Origin: an uncultured Planctomycetia bacterium
Lineage (GTDB): Bacteria > Omnitrophota > Gorgyraeia > Duberdicusellales > 4484-171
NCBI GenBank assembly: GCA_964629655.1
Contig: CAZVQU010000002.1
Coordinates: forward strand, 524,878 to 588,877
Reading direction: 5' to 3'
DNA: 64,000 bases
Of the stretch, positions 29,344 to 39,295 are shown one piece after another; within the stretch, counting starts at the first letter, position 1, and the number at the start of each line of letters is the position of its first letter. Made by a program: the position numbers and the translations under genes. Below the pieces are notes generated by a model. That model was not told the DNA's origin and searched no databases. It was given only the letters and a program-made list of their open reading frames with translations.

Positions 29344-31790
29344 TCAAATTTCAATATCTCCCCTTTACGTGTTATCTTTATCTTTATGGTCTCGCCCTCT
29401 TTCCTGTCTTTCAACTTTTTACTAAAGCTTCCCTTTATTATATCCTCAGCTAAAGGATCCTCCAGGAACCTCTGGATAACTCTCTTTAAAGGCCGAGCTC
29501 CAAAGACCGGATCAAAACCCTTCTCAATAAAGAACTCTCTAGACTTAGGTGTTAACGCTACCTCAAAACCCTGTTCAACGATTCGTTGGTTTACATAGGA
29601 AATCTCAATATCTATTATCTTCTCTAGATTCTTCTTGGTTAGGGCCCTAAACACAGTGATCTCATCTAAGCGATTCAGAAACTCAGGCTTGAAGGTTTTT
29701 TTAACCTCTTCCATCAGCACACTCTTCATCTGGTCATGGCTAATGTCCTCGCTGACTTCCTTGAAGCCTAAAGAACCTTTCTTTCTTATAACTTCAGCTC
29801 CGACATTAGAGGTCATAATAAGAATTGTGTTGCGAAAATCAACTCTTCGGCCATAGCTGTCAGTAAGCCTTCCCTCTTCTAAAATTTGTAATAAGAGGTT
29901 AAAGACATCTGGATGAGCCTTCTCGATTTCATCTAGAAGAACTACTGAATATGGCCGGCGCCTTACCCTCTCAGTCAACTGGCCACCCTCTTCGTAACCG
30001 ACATATCCCGGAGGAGCACCAATTAAACGCGAGACATTAAACTTCTCCATATACTCACTCATGTCTAATTGAATTAGGGCCTCTTCATTACCAAACATAA
30101 ACTCTGCTAAAGCCCGAGCCAGGAGAGTCTTGCCTACACCAGTCGGGCCTAAAAACATGAATGAACCTATCGGCCGACGTGGCTCTTTTATCCCGGCCCT
30201 AGCTCTTTTAACTGAACGGGAAATTGCATCAATTGCTTCACTCTGGCCGACTACTCTTGAAACCAGCTCTTCCTCTATCTTCATCAGCTTAGCTGATTCT
30301 CTCTCTTCTAATCGATAAATAGGCACTCCGGTAATCTGAGATACTAACTGGGCGATCTCTTCTTCTCCTACCTCAGGAGTAATTTGGTCTCTCTTCTTGC
30401 CCCACTCTTTTCTTAAGCCTTCTAATTTAATCCGCAGGGTCTTTTCCTCATCTCTTAAGCGAGCAGCTTTTTCAAAGTCCTGTTGTTTTATCAAGGCTTC
30501 TTTCTCAGTAACTATATTAGTCAACCTCTCTTCTAGCTCCTTTATTTCATTAGGGGCAGTCAGGACTGAGAGGCGCGACTTTGCTCCGGCTTCATCAATT
30601 AAGTCTATGGCTTTATCAGGAAGAAACCTTCCTGAAATATACCTATCGCTTAGCTTAGCCGCAGCTTGGAGTGCTTCATCAGCAAACTTTACCCGGTGAT
30701 GAGCTTCATACTTATCTCTTAGGCCAGATAAAATCTTTACTGCCTCCTCAACCGTATTAGCCTCAACAAATATCGGCTGGAATCTCCTCTCTAGAGCTGA
30801 ATCTTTCTCAATATGTTTTCGATACTCATCAAGAGTAGTCGCTCCCACACATTGAATTTCACCGCGAGAAAGAGCAGGCTTCAAGATATTCGAAGCGTCA
30901 ATTGCTCCTTCGGCAGCCCCGGCTCCTACTAGAGTATGCATCTCATCGATGAAAATGATAACATCCTTAGAACGCTTTATCTCTTCCATAACTGCTTTTA
31001 TTCTCTCTTCGAATTGGCCACGGTATTTTGTACCGGCGATCATCAAAGCTAAATCCAAAACTACTATCCTCTTTTCTCTTAAAACCTCGGGGACATCGCC
31101 CTTAACTATATCCTGGGCTAACCCTTCAACTATAGCGGTCTTGCCTACGCCAGCTTCTCCCAGGAGAACCGGATTATTCTTGGTCCGCCGAGATAAGATT
31201 TGAATAACCCTTTCTATCTCCGCCTTTCTTCCAATTACCGGATCGAGTTTTCCTTCTTTAGTTAACTTAGTCAAATCCCGGCCAAAAGAATCCAGAGCCG
31301 GAGTCTTTGAGGCAGTTTGATTACTGCTGCTTCCGGTAGGTTGTGGATGAGCGCTCCCGCCTAGGAGGACAGATATCTCTTTTCTTACTCCCTTTAAATC
31401 TACTCCGGCTGAAAACAGTACTTGAGAGGCAGCTCCCTCTTCTTCACGTAATAGACCTAAAAGTATGTGCTCGGTTCCGATGTAATTATGGCTTAAGCCC
31501 CGGGCTTCTTCTGCGGCAAGCTCTAAAGCCTTTTTTGACCGGGGAGTAAAAGGGATATCGCCAAGAACCGAGCCTACGCTTCCGGCTGAAACTAACTTTT
31601 CAATCTCAATCCTTAAACGTTCTAGATCTACTCCTAAATTTTGCAAAACCGCACAAGCCACTCCTTCTCCTTCTCGAATTAAACCTAAGAGTACATGTTC
31701 GGTTCCGATATAATCATGGTTAAATCTACGGGCTTCTTCTTTTGCTAAAACTAAAACTTTTCTTGCTCTTTCAGTGAATCGATTAAACAT
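29340..31790 (-). CDS. clpC: ATP-dependent Clp protease ATP-binding subunit ClpC
   Basis: Double Clp-N repeat, GEAGVGKT and GPTGVGKT Walker A motifs, UVR-like middle domain; downstream of mcsAB. Confidence 0.97.
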   Translation of the reverse strand: MFNRFTERARKVLVLAKEEARRFNHDYIGTEHVLLGLIREGEGVACAVLQNLGVDLERLRIEIEKLVSAGSVGSVLGDIPFTPRSKKALELAAEEARGLSHNYIGTEHILLGLLREEEGAASQVLFSAGVDLKGVRKEISVLLGGSAHPQPTGSSSNQTASKTPALDSFGRDLTKLTKEGKLDPVIGRKAEIERVIQILSRRTKNNPVLLGEAGVGKTAIVEGLAQDIVKGDVPEVLREKRIVVLDLALMIAGTKYRGQFEERIKAVMEEIKRSKDVIIFIDEMHTLVGAGAAEGAIDASNILKPALSRGEIQCVGATTLDEYRKHIEKDSALERRFQPIFVEANTVEEAVKILSGLRDKYEAHHRVKFADEALQAAAKLSDRYISGRFLPDKAIDLIDEAGAKSRLSVLTAPNEIKELEERLTNIVTEKEALIKQQDFEKAARLRDEEKTLRIKLEGLRKEWGKKRDQITPEVGEEEIAQLVSQITGVPIYRLEERESAKLMKIEEELVSRVVGQSEAIDAISRSVKRARAGIKEPRRPIGSFMFLGPTGVGKTLLARALAEFMFGNEEALIQLDMSEYMEKFNVSRLIGAPPGYVGYEEGGQLTERVRRRPYSVVLLDEIEKAHPDVFNLLLQILEEGRLTDSYGRRVDFRNTILIMTSNVGAEVIRKKGSLGFKEVSEDISHDQMKSVLMEEVKKTFKPEFLNRLDEITVFRALTKKNLEKIIDIEISYVNQRIVEQGFEVALTPKSREFFIEKGFDPVFGARPLKRVIQRFLEDPLAEDIIKGSFSKKLKDRKEGETIKIKITRKGEILKFE

Positions 31791-32859
31791 CTTCTCCTCC
31801 TAACTTCTTCCTTAGAATTTCTGCTCTTATATAATCTCTTTCTCTCTCTTTTAATGACTTTGACTCTATTTTTTGCAAATGTGCCGGTTGAATTATAATA
31901 AAAAGACTATTTATTACCTCTCGACCCCGGCCTTTTGAGGATAAATCCGTATTTTTAATTATACCTAAATCTAACCCTAAACACAAGACAGAAAGGTGGC
32001 TTAAGGCCTCTCGGCTACTAATTAACCGGCTATTTCTCAAAATCCCTAAAGCTCTCCAAACGCTATCCTCAAGACTTATCTTGTGTTTCTTAAGCAGAGT
32101 ATTGCGAGCGTCGTTCTCTTGAGCTTTAACTTGATTTACTACCCCGATTAAATTATCAATCAGCTCTGTCTCGGAAAGTCCCAGGCTGGCCTGATTGGAA
32201 ATCTGGAAAAAGTTCCCGAGAGCTTGAGTCCCTTCGCCAAATAACCCCCGGGTAGTAAATGATATCCGGGTTAACAATTCTAATATCTTGTTTATCCGTT
32301 TAGTAAGAGTAAGTGCCGGCAAATGCAACATACACGATGCCCTTAGAGCCGTACCGACATTGGTAGGACAAGCAGTTAAATAGCCTAGATCAGATAAAAA
32401 AGAAAAAGGAATCTTCTTGGCTAAATCCTTGTCAATCTCCTCTGATATCTGCCAACACTTCTTTAAATCAAAGCCTGAAAGTATGACTTGGGAACGAAGA
32501 TGATCCTCTTCGTTAATCATAATTGAAATCTTCTCATCGCCTGATGCTATCAAGCCCTTCTCCTTACTGGCAACAGCATGCTCCTGGCTTATTAAGTGCC
32601 GCTCAAGCAAAAACTGACTATCCAAAGCACTCAGCTCAGCCATATTCACAAAAGTGCTGTTTTTTAACCTATTCACCTGGGGATAAGCTTCTCTTACCTT
32701 ATCCAAAACTTCCTTTTTTTGAGCATTGTTTGCCCGAGAAGGAAACGGCAAGTCGGTAATATTGCGAGCTAGACGAACTCGGGAAGAGAAGACTATCTCA
32801 GCCTCCGGCCCCTTACCATTTAGCCAACCATCCTTGTTTTTAAGAAAATATTCAAACAT
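31783..32859 (-). CDS. mcsB: Protein arginine kinase McsB
   Basis: SSRVRLARN, NEEDHLR, GYLTACPTNVGT, FQISNQ. Confidence 0.96.
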   Translation of the reverse strand: MFEYFLKNKDGWLNGKGPEAEIVFSSRVRLARNITDLPFPSRANNAQKKEVLDKVREAYPQVNRLKNSTFVNMAELSALDSQFLLERHLISQEHAVASKEKGLIASGDEKISIMINEEDHLRSQVILSGFDLKKCWQISEEIDKDLAKKIPFSFLSDLGYLTACPTNVGTALRASCMLHLPALTLTKRINKILELLTRISFTTRGLFGEGTQALGNFFQISNQASLGLSETELIDNLIGVVNQVKAQENDARNTLLKKHKISLEDSVWRALGILRNSRLISSREALSHLSVLCLGLDLGIIKNTDLSSKGRGREVINSLFIIIQPAHLQKIESKSLKERERDYIRAEILRKKLGGEDV

Positions 32860-33367
32860 CCTTCTTGGGATTTAATTTTTTTCTTTTCTTGCCTAATTCT
32901 TTTATTTGGTCTCTTAGCTTAGCAGCCTCTTCATACTCCTCAAGCTGGATAGCCCGACGCAGACGCTGATGCAATTCAGCAACCTTTAGTTGGCCGGAAA
33001 CCTTCTTGTCTAAACTAACCGGAGCCTTACCGGTATGAGTAGTCGCGCTATGAATTTTTTTTAACAAAGGCAGAAGAAATCTACGAAAAGTCTCATAGCA
33101 TTTTCCGCAACCCAGCCTCCCTGTTTTCTTAAAATCCTCATAGCTAAGACCACAAGAAGGACACCTTAATAAACCACGCTCAGAGGGCAAACTGCCTACC
33201 ATATCAGCAAGACTACCGAGAAAACCGGATATGTTAAGATGCTTATTCAGCTCATTAGTCTTAGCCTGAGCACAAACCTGACAAATATGCATCTCAACAA
33301 CCTTGTCGTTAATAATCTCGGTGAGATGGACTGTAGCATTAGTTTTATTGCAGATGTCACAAACCAT
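32852..33367 (-). CDS. mcsA: McsA (CxxC + UVR domain); start probably MVCDIC
   Basis: Four CxxC motifs, GRLGC, EEYEEAAKLRDQIK. Confidence 0.94.
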   Translation of the reverse strand: MVCDICNKTNATVHLTEIINDKVVEMHICQVCAQAKTNELNKHLNISGFLGSLADMVGSLPSERGLLRCPSCGLSYEDFKKTGRLGCGKCYETFRRFLLPLLKKIHSATTHTGKAPVSLDKKVSGQLKVAELHQRLRRAIQLEEYEEAAKLRDQIKELGKKRKKLNPKKDV

Positions 33368-33381
33368 ATTTCTCCCTTTCA

Positions 33382-34257
33382 TTAAAGAGTATACTTAACC
33401 CCTCCGGTCTTAATAACCTTCTGGAATTCCTTCATCATTATCTTAGTAGTCTTACCGGGCTTAGCATCACCGATTGCCCTGCCGTCAACCCTTACTACCG
33501 GAACAATTTCAGCCGCAGTTCCGGTTAAGAAACACTCATCGCTGATAAAAAGTTCGTGACGGGTAAGCACATGTTCATGAGTAGGTATCTTCTTTTTTCT
33601 GGCAATATCTAATACCGTATCGCGAGTGATACCCCTTAAAGTCCCCATGCATTGAGGCGGAGTATAGAGTTCTCCCTTCTTAACTACGAAGATATTATCT
33701 CCGGTACACTCAGCAACATACCCTAAGTGATCAAGCATCAAAGCTTCCTGGCAGCCAGAGTTTATAGCCTCGATCTTAGCTAATATATTATTCAGATAGT
33801 TTAAGGATTTTATTTGCGGATTTAGAGCCTCGCAGATATTCCTTATGGTCGGAACAGTAATTATCTCCATACCTTTATCGTATAATTTCTTGGGATAAAA
33901 GTTGATTTTATCGGTAATTATAACTACTGTCTCATGACCTTTGCACTTTCTGGGGTCCAAGCCTAGATCACCTTGACCTCGGGAGACTACTACCCGAATA
34001 TAGGCATCTTTTAGACCGTTAGCTTTAAGGGTCTTGATTACAGCCTGGACCATCTCCTTTTTAGAGAAAGGAATCTTTAGCATAATCGAATGAGCTGATT
34101 CGAATAATCTATCGATATGCTCCTTTAGTTTAAAGACTAAAGAGCTATAAGAACGTATTCCTTCGAATACGCCATCTCCGTATAAAAACCCATGGTCAAA
34201 TACCGAAATTTTTGCATCTTTTTTATCTACCAGCTCTCCGTTCAAATAAATCTTCAT
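33382..34257 (-). CDS. ilvE: Branched-chain amino acid aminotransferase
   Basis: DHGFLYGDGVFEGIR, KSLNYLNN, LRGITR, FLTGTAAE. Confidence 0.96.
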   Translation of the reverse strand: MKIYLNGELVDKKDAKISVFDHGFLYGDGVFEGIRSYSSLVFKLKEHIDRLFESAHSIMLKIPFSKKEMVQAVIKTLKANGLKDAYIRVVVSRGQGDLGLDPRKCKGHETVVIITDKINFYPKKLYDKGMEIITVPTIRNICEALNPQIKSLNYLNNILAKIEAINSGCQEALMLDHLGYVAECTGDNIFVVKKGELYTPPQCMGTLRGITRDTVLDIARKKKIPTHEHVLTRHELFISDECFLTGTAAEIVPVVRVDGRAIGDAKPGKTTKIMMKEFQKVIKTGGVKYTL

Positions 34258-34300
34258 CGATTACCTCCTTTAATGCCTACAAAGCCACTTCCAGCAAACC

Positions 34301-34966
34301 TCACTCGATCTCACCGTCTTTAATAAATACCCTGTTCTTAGCACACTTAGCTAACTCTAAATTGTGAGTAACTAAAATTATTGTCTTATTCTTTTCTTTA
34401 TTTAACTTATTGAATAGAGTGACTACTTTTTCCTGAGATTCTTTATCCAGATTTCCCGTAGGTTCATCGCAAAGAATAACCTCAGGGTCATTAACCAAAG
34501 CCCGAGCCAAGGCCACTCTCTGCTTTTGCCCTCCGCTTAACTGCGAAGGAAAAGCCTTCTTCTTATCCTCTATCCCTAAGTATTTTAACAAGTCTTCTAT
34601 GGTTTTTAAAGAGTATTTTCGTCTATTTAAATCCAGGGCTAAAGTAATGTTTTCAAGGATATTTAACTCCTCTATAAGGTGATAAAACTGAAAAACAAAC
34701 CCGATATGCTTATTTCTCCATATTGAGAGCTCTTTGTCCTTCATTTTGTAGATATTTCTGCCCTTAAAAAGCACCTGGCCCCTGGTAGGAGAATCTAAAC
34801 CACCTAAGCTATGAAGCAAGGTAGACTTGCCTGCTCCCGAAGGGCCAACTATAGCCAGGTAATTTCCGGACTCAAGAGATATTGACACTGCCTTTAAAGC
34901 CTGAATTTTCTCCTCGCCGCTACAATACTCTTTGGTTAAAGAATTTACTTTAAATAACTCACTCAT
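34301..34966 (-). CDS. lolD: LolD-like ABC ATPase
   Basis: [34 protein letters not shown]; follows lolC/E. Confidence 0.85.
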   Translation of the reverse strand: MSELFKVNSLTKEYCSGEEKIQALKAVSISLESGNYLAIVGPSGAGKSTLLHSLGGLDSPTRGQVLFKGRNIYKMKDKELSIWRNKHIGFVFQFYHLIEELNILENITLALDLNRRKYSLKTIEDLLKYLGIEDKKKAFPSQLSGGQKQRVALARALVNDPEVILCDEPTGNLDKESQEKVVTLFNKLNKEKNKTIILVTHNLELAKCAKNRVFIKDGEIE

Positions 34967-36116
34967 AACGTAAAGCCTCGGAAGGCTGCATTCTGGCTGC
35001 TCTCATTGCCGGAACCAAGCTAAAGATAAAAGATAAAACTATTCCAACTAAAACGATCAAACCGACATCCCGGTAATTTATTGCCATTGGCAAGTACTCA
35101 ATGTAGTAAATCTCCTGGGGTAACTTTATGAAAGGAAATTTCTCTAAGCCGATGCACAGGCCTAAACCTAAAACTGTCCCTGATAAGGTACCGATAAATC
35201 CTAAGAGCAGGCCTTGTAAGCTAAATATTCTTGAAATCCTCTTGCGGGTAAAACCTAAAGATTTTAAAATTCCAATATCTTTAGTCTTCTCTACTACCCC
35301 TACAGTCAGAGTAGCAAAGATATTAAAAGCAGCGACTAGGATAATTAGGCTTAGAATAATAAACATTACTAACTTCTCCAGCTGCAAGGCTGAGAAAAAG
35401 GCCTGATTAGACTCCATCCAGGTAGATACGAACACGTCCTGGCCAAATTCAGCTGATATCTTGTTCTTGATTTGGGAAGCCTTATAAGGATCATTTATCC
35501 TTACCCCCAAAAAGAGAAGGTAATTAGAAGAGAGACTTTTGGCATTCTCTAAGCCAGTGATAAGGTAATTGTTATCAATATCATAGAGGCCGACCTTAAA
35601 AGTTCCTCTTACAGCTGCCTCTTGCAATTGCATTTTTTTCTTCAGGGGGTAGAACTCTATTTTATCTAAAATAAAAAACCTTCTCCTTAAGCCTTCACCG
35701 ACAAAAAAGCCCTCAGAGGCTGTTTCTCTAGTAATGTATTGATAGACCATTTGACTCTCTCCTTTATCTTGAAAGTCAACTCCCTTAACTGCTAAAGGAA
35801 GCACTAGCTTGTCAAACTTAGCAAAAACTTGGGTCTGAAGCGATATTGATGCAGTTTCCACATCTTCCCAAGTCTCTAGCTTTTTTTCAATTTCCGGTAA
35901 CTGCTCCTGATCTAGGCACTCTATAGTTAAATGCTGATTAAAACGCATTAACCGATCCATTAAGTCTCGGTCAAAACCGTTCATTACCGAGATAACTACG
36001 ATTAAAGTAGCTACGCCTAGAGCGATGCCTAAGCAAGAGACGATTCCGATAAAGGAAACATGCCTAGCTTTTCCGCGAAAAAGATAGCGCCGTGCCAGAA
36101 ATAGTTCAGGTATCAT
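34959..36116 (-). CDS. Lipoprotein-releasing permease LolC/E family
   Basis: [44 protein letters not shown]. Confidence 0.9.
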   Translation of the reverse strand: MIPELFLARRYLFRGKARHVSFIGIVSCLGIALGVATLIVVISVMNGFDRDLMDRLMRFNQHLTIECLDQEQLPEIEKKLETWEDVETASISLQTQVFAKFDKLVLPLAVKGVDFQDKGESQMVYQYITRETASEGFFVGEGLRRRFFILDKIEFYPLKKKMQLQEAAVRGTFKVGLYDIDNNYLITGLENAKSLSSNYLLFLGVRINDPYKASQIKNKISAEFGQDVFVSTWMESNQAFFSALQLEKLVMFIILSLIILVAAFNIFATLTVGVVEKTKDIGILKSLGFTRKRISRIFSLQGLLLGFIGTLSGTVLGLGLCIGLEKFPFIKLPQEIYYIEYLPMAINYRDVGLIVLVGIVLSFIFSLVPAMRAARMQPSEALRYE

Positions 36117-37530
36117 TAGGTAACGGTTTAAGGAGAGGAAAGAGAATTACATCCCTTATCGAAGGTTGATTAAGCAGAAGCATTACCAGCCTATCCATGC
36201 CTATTCCCAAGCCAGTAGCCGGAGGCATTCCATATTCTAAGCTAAGCAAGAAGTCATTGTCGATTTTCTTGGGCAGCTCCTCTTCTACTTTTAATTGTTT
36301 ATTAAAACGTGCTTTTTGCTCGAGGGGGTCATTTAACTCTGAGTAGGCATTAGCGACCTCAAGCCCTCCGATAAATAATTCAAACCTTTCCACTATACAA
36401 GGATTATCTTTTTTCTGCTTAGCTAAAGGAGAAGTCCAGGTGAAGAAATCAGTAATAAACGCCGGCTTATCGGCAGGATAGTTTTTCTCAACCAGCTCCT
36501 CAGTTATATTAAGAATTTGGCTGCGGCTTAAGCCTTTAGCCAGTTTGAGCTTCTTGCTTATCTTTTCTAACATTACTTCCTGAGAATCGCTTGTCTTTAT
36601 CTCAAATTCCTTATTGAAAAGCTCGGCAAAAGAAATTCTCTGCCAAGGTGGAGTAAAATCTATTTTTTTTCCTTGAAATTCTAAGATTAATGAAGAATTC
36701 ATCTCTTGAGCCAGATAGGAGAATAGATCTTCACAAACCTTCATCATATGCTCATAATTCTCATAAGCGCAATAGGCCTCAAGCATAGTAAACTCAGGAT
36801 TATGCCTGGTAGAAACCCCCTCATTGCGAAAGCTTCTATTTATCTCGTATATTTTTTCCAAGCCTCCGACTAAAAGACGCTTTAAATAAAGCTCAGGGGC
36901 AATTCTAAGATAGACATCGCTGTTAGTAGCATTATGAAAGGTTTCAAAAGGCCGGCCAGCTGCTCCACCGGCAATTTGATGCAGCATTGGGGTCTCAACC
37001 TCCATGTACTTAAGACGGTTGAAGAAATCTCTGGTTAGAGAGATTATCTTTGAACGCTTCATAAAGACTTCTCTAACTTCAGGGTTAGAGATTAGATCAA
37101 GATAGCGCTGGCGATACCTCACCTCTACATCTTTTAATCCATGCCATTTCTCCGGTAGAGGCCGAAGGGCCTTAGCTAGAAGTTTGATTTCACTAACTAA
37201 TATTGTTGACTCACCGGTACGGGTAGTAAACAATTTACCCTTAACGCCGATGATATCTCCGATATCGATTTCCTTGAAAAGCTGGAAAATTTCACCCAAA
37301 CTATTAGCCTGAGCATAAATCTGTATTTTCCCGGTATGATCACTAATATGAGCAAAACCGGACTTACCATGCTCACGCTTGGTAACCAACCTTCCGGCAA
37401 CTGAAGCCTCTTTCTCCTCTTTGAAAGAATCTAGAATCTCCTTGATGGCCAAAGGCTTAGGAAAATCGGTCACCTCAAAAGGAAAACCGAACTTCTCTGA
37501 GATCCTCTTTAGTTTTTCTTCTGCTTCCAT
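36106..37530 (-). CDS. lysS: Lysine-tRNA ligase (class II)
   Basis: RYRQRYLDL, LRIAPELYLKRL, HNPEFT, YGMPPATGLGIGMDRL. Confidence 0.98.
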   Translation of the reverse strand: MEAEEKLKRISEKFGFPFEVTDFPKPLAIKEILDSFKEEKEASVAGRLVTKREHGKSGFAHISDHTGKIQIYAQANSLGEIFQLFKEIDIGDIIGVKGKLFTTRTGESTILVSEIKLLAKALRPLPEKWHGLKDVEVRYRQRYLDLISNPEVREVFMKRSKIISLTRDFFNRLKYMEVETPMLHQIAGGAAGRPFETFHNATNSDVYLRIAPELYLKRLLVGGLEKIYEINRSFRNEGVSTRHNPEFTMLEAYCAYENYEHMMKVCEDLFSYLAQEMNSSLILEFQGKKIDFTPPWQRISFAELFNKEFEIKTSDSQEVMLEKISKKLKLAKGLSRSQILNITEELVEKNYPADKPAFITDFFTWTSPLAKQKKDNPCIVERFELFIGGLEVANAYSELNDPLEQKARFNKQLKVEEELPKKIDNDFLLSLEYGMPPATGLGIGMDRLVMLLLNQPSIRDVILFPLLKPLPNDT

Positions 37531-37539
37531 AACTTATAG

Positions 37540-37568
37540 ATTATATATAATATATCTATTACTGTCAA
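37540..37568 (-). promoter_or_regulatory. Consensus sigma70 promoter of lysS
   Basis: Minus strand TTGACA-17 nt-TATAAT ending 9 nt before the lysS ATG. Confidence 0.8.
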
Positions 37569-37596
37569 ATTAAATCCCTGCTTACCTATATTAACC

Positions 37597-38505
37597 CTAA
37601 TTAAACAAATGACAATAGACAAAGTGGCCGGGCTCAACCTCTTTTCTTATAGATTCCTGCTTGCATTCAGGTTTTTTAAGCCGACAGCGCGAGAAAAAAG
37701 GACAACCGTCAAGACGATCAATATCTTCTTTTAAGTATTTTAGCTTCTGCTGAGAAGCTTGTTTTAGTAATTTGGTGTAAGGATGAAGCGGATTATCATA
37801 GATTAAATTCCTGGGGCCATATTCCATGATTTTGCCCCGGTACATAATAAAGCAATAGTGAGATATCTTCTTTAATAATTTAAGGTTATGAGAGATAAAC
37901 AGAAAAGTTACTCCTAACTCTTTCTGCAACTTAATCAACAGCTTCATAATTTTAGAAGCTGTTGTAACATCTAGGCTCGATGTTGGCTCATCAAGAATCA
38001 CTAACGGCGGCCGGTTAATAAGGCTACGAGCGATACAAACTCTTTGAATTTGTCCGCCGCTTAGCTGATGCGGTACTCTCTCGGTTACATCCTCATCTAG
38101 TTCCACCTCGGCTAAAGCTTTTTTAATAAGCGCTCTGCTTTCGGATTTGGTTATTTTTTTATAAACAGTTAAAGCCTCATATAAAGAATAAAATATAGTA
38201 CAGCGGGGATCAAGGCTGGCAAAAGGATTTTGAAAAACAATCTGAATATTCTTACGTATGACTTTCTGGTCCCTTGGCAAGGCTATATCCTTGTCCTTAA
38301 AATAAATGTTCCCTGCTTTAGGCCGATAAAACCCTAAGATTGTCTTAGCTAAGGTAGTCTTACCGCAACCACTTTCGCCGGCTAGAGAAGTCACTAACCC
38401 CTTTTTTAAAAAGACGTCTACCCCATCTAAAGCCTTAACAGTCTTGCCTTTCTGCAAGAAATGAACCTTTAGGTTCTCTGTAGTTAAAATTTTATAATCC
38501 TCCAT
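37597..38505 (-). CDS. Oligopeptide/dipeptide ABC ATPase (OppF/DppF-like)
   Basis: GESGCGKT, HQLSGGQ, PLHPYT, C-terminal GCPF..RC cysteines. Confidence 0.9.
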   Translation of the reverse strand: MEDYKILTTENLKVHFLQKGKTVKALDGVDVFLKKGLVTSLAGESGCGKTTLAKTILGFYRPKAGNIYFKDKDIALPRDQKVIRKNIQIVFQNPFASLDPRCTIFYSLYEALTVYKKITKSESRALIKKALAEVELDEDVTERVPHQLSGGQIQRVCIARSLINRPPLVILDEPTSSLDVTTASKIMKLLIKLQKELGVTFLFISHNLKLLKKISHYCFIMYRGKIMEYGPRNLIYDNPLHPYTKLLKQASQQKLKYLKEDIDRLDGCPFFSRCRLKKPECKQESIRKEVEPGHFVYCHLFN

Positions 38506-38509
38506 CGGC

Positions 38510-39295
38510 TTATCCTTCTAACTGGGAAAATGAGTCTAGCAAACTCTTAGTGTAATCATCTTGGGGATTTGCAAATAGCTCTTCTCTTGGCTTTATCTCT
38601 CTGACCCTGCCCTGATAAAGAACTACCACCCGATCACACAAGGTTTTTACCAAATCAAGGTTGTGGGTGATAAAAATTATAGTTAGTTTAAGTTCATCTC
38701 TTAGCTCTTTGAATAAATGAACTATCTGACTTTCAATAGTTACATCCAAAGAACTTGTAGGTTCATCAGCGATTAATATAGTCGGCTTTAAAGCTATGGC
38801 TACGGCAATAGCTATCCTCTGCAATTGCCCGCCGCTTAACTGATGCGGATAACTCTTTAATATTCTCTCCGGCTCTCTGACTCTAGTTTTTTCTAAGCAA
38901 TCAAAAATGATTTTTTCTCTCTCACCTTTACTGTTTATATTTAATTTGCTTTGAAGAATCTCTTGGAATTGATAACTAATGCTTAAGACCGGGTTAAAGG
39001 TACTAGCCGGCTCTTGAAAGATTAGACCGATTTGATTGCCCCTTAAGATTTCTGATTCTTTTTCTTCTGCTTTGAAGATATTTTTGTTCTGAAAAATTAT
39101 CTGACCCTCGGCCTTGCTGTCAGAAGGGAGAAGATTCAAAATTGAAAGGGCAAGAGTGCTCTTTCCGCTGCCGGATTCACCGACTATACCTAAGATTTCA
39201 CCCTCTTTAACTGTCCAGCTAACCTTCTTTAGGGCATCAACGTATTTGGTTTTGCTCTTGTAAGAGACCCTTAAATCTTTTACCTCTAAAATCAT
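38510..39295 (-). CDS. Oligopeptide/dipeptide ABC ATPase (OppD/DppD-like)
   Basis: GESGSGKS, YPHQLSGG, ADEPTSSLDVT. Confidence 0.9.
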   Translation of the reverse strand: MILEVKDLRVSYKSKTKYVDALKKVSWTVKEGEILGIVGESGSGKSTLALSILNLLPSDSKAEGQIIFQNKNIFKAEEKESEILRGNQIGLIFQEPASTFNPVLSISYQFQEILQSKLNINSKGEREKIIFDCLEKTRVREPERILKSYPHQLSGGQLQRIAIAVAIALKPTILIADEPTSSLDVTIESQIVHLFKELRDELKLTIIFITHNLDLVKTLCDRVVVLYQGRVREIKPREELFANPQDDYTKSLLDSFSQLEG

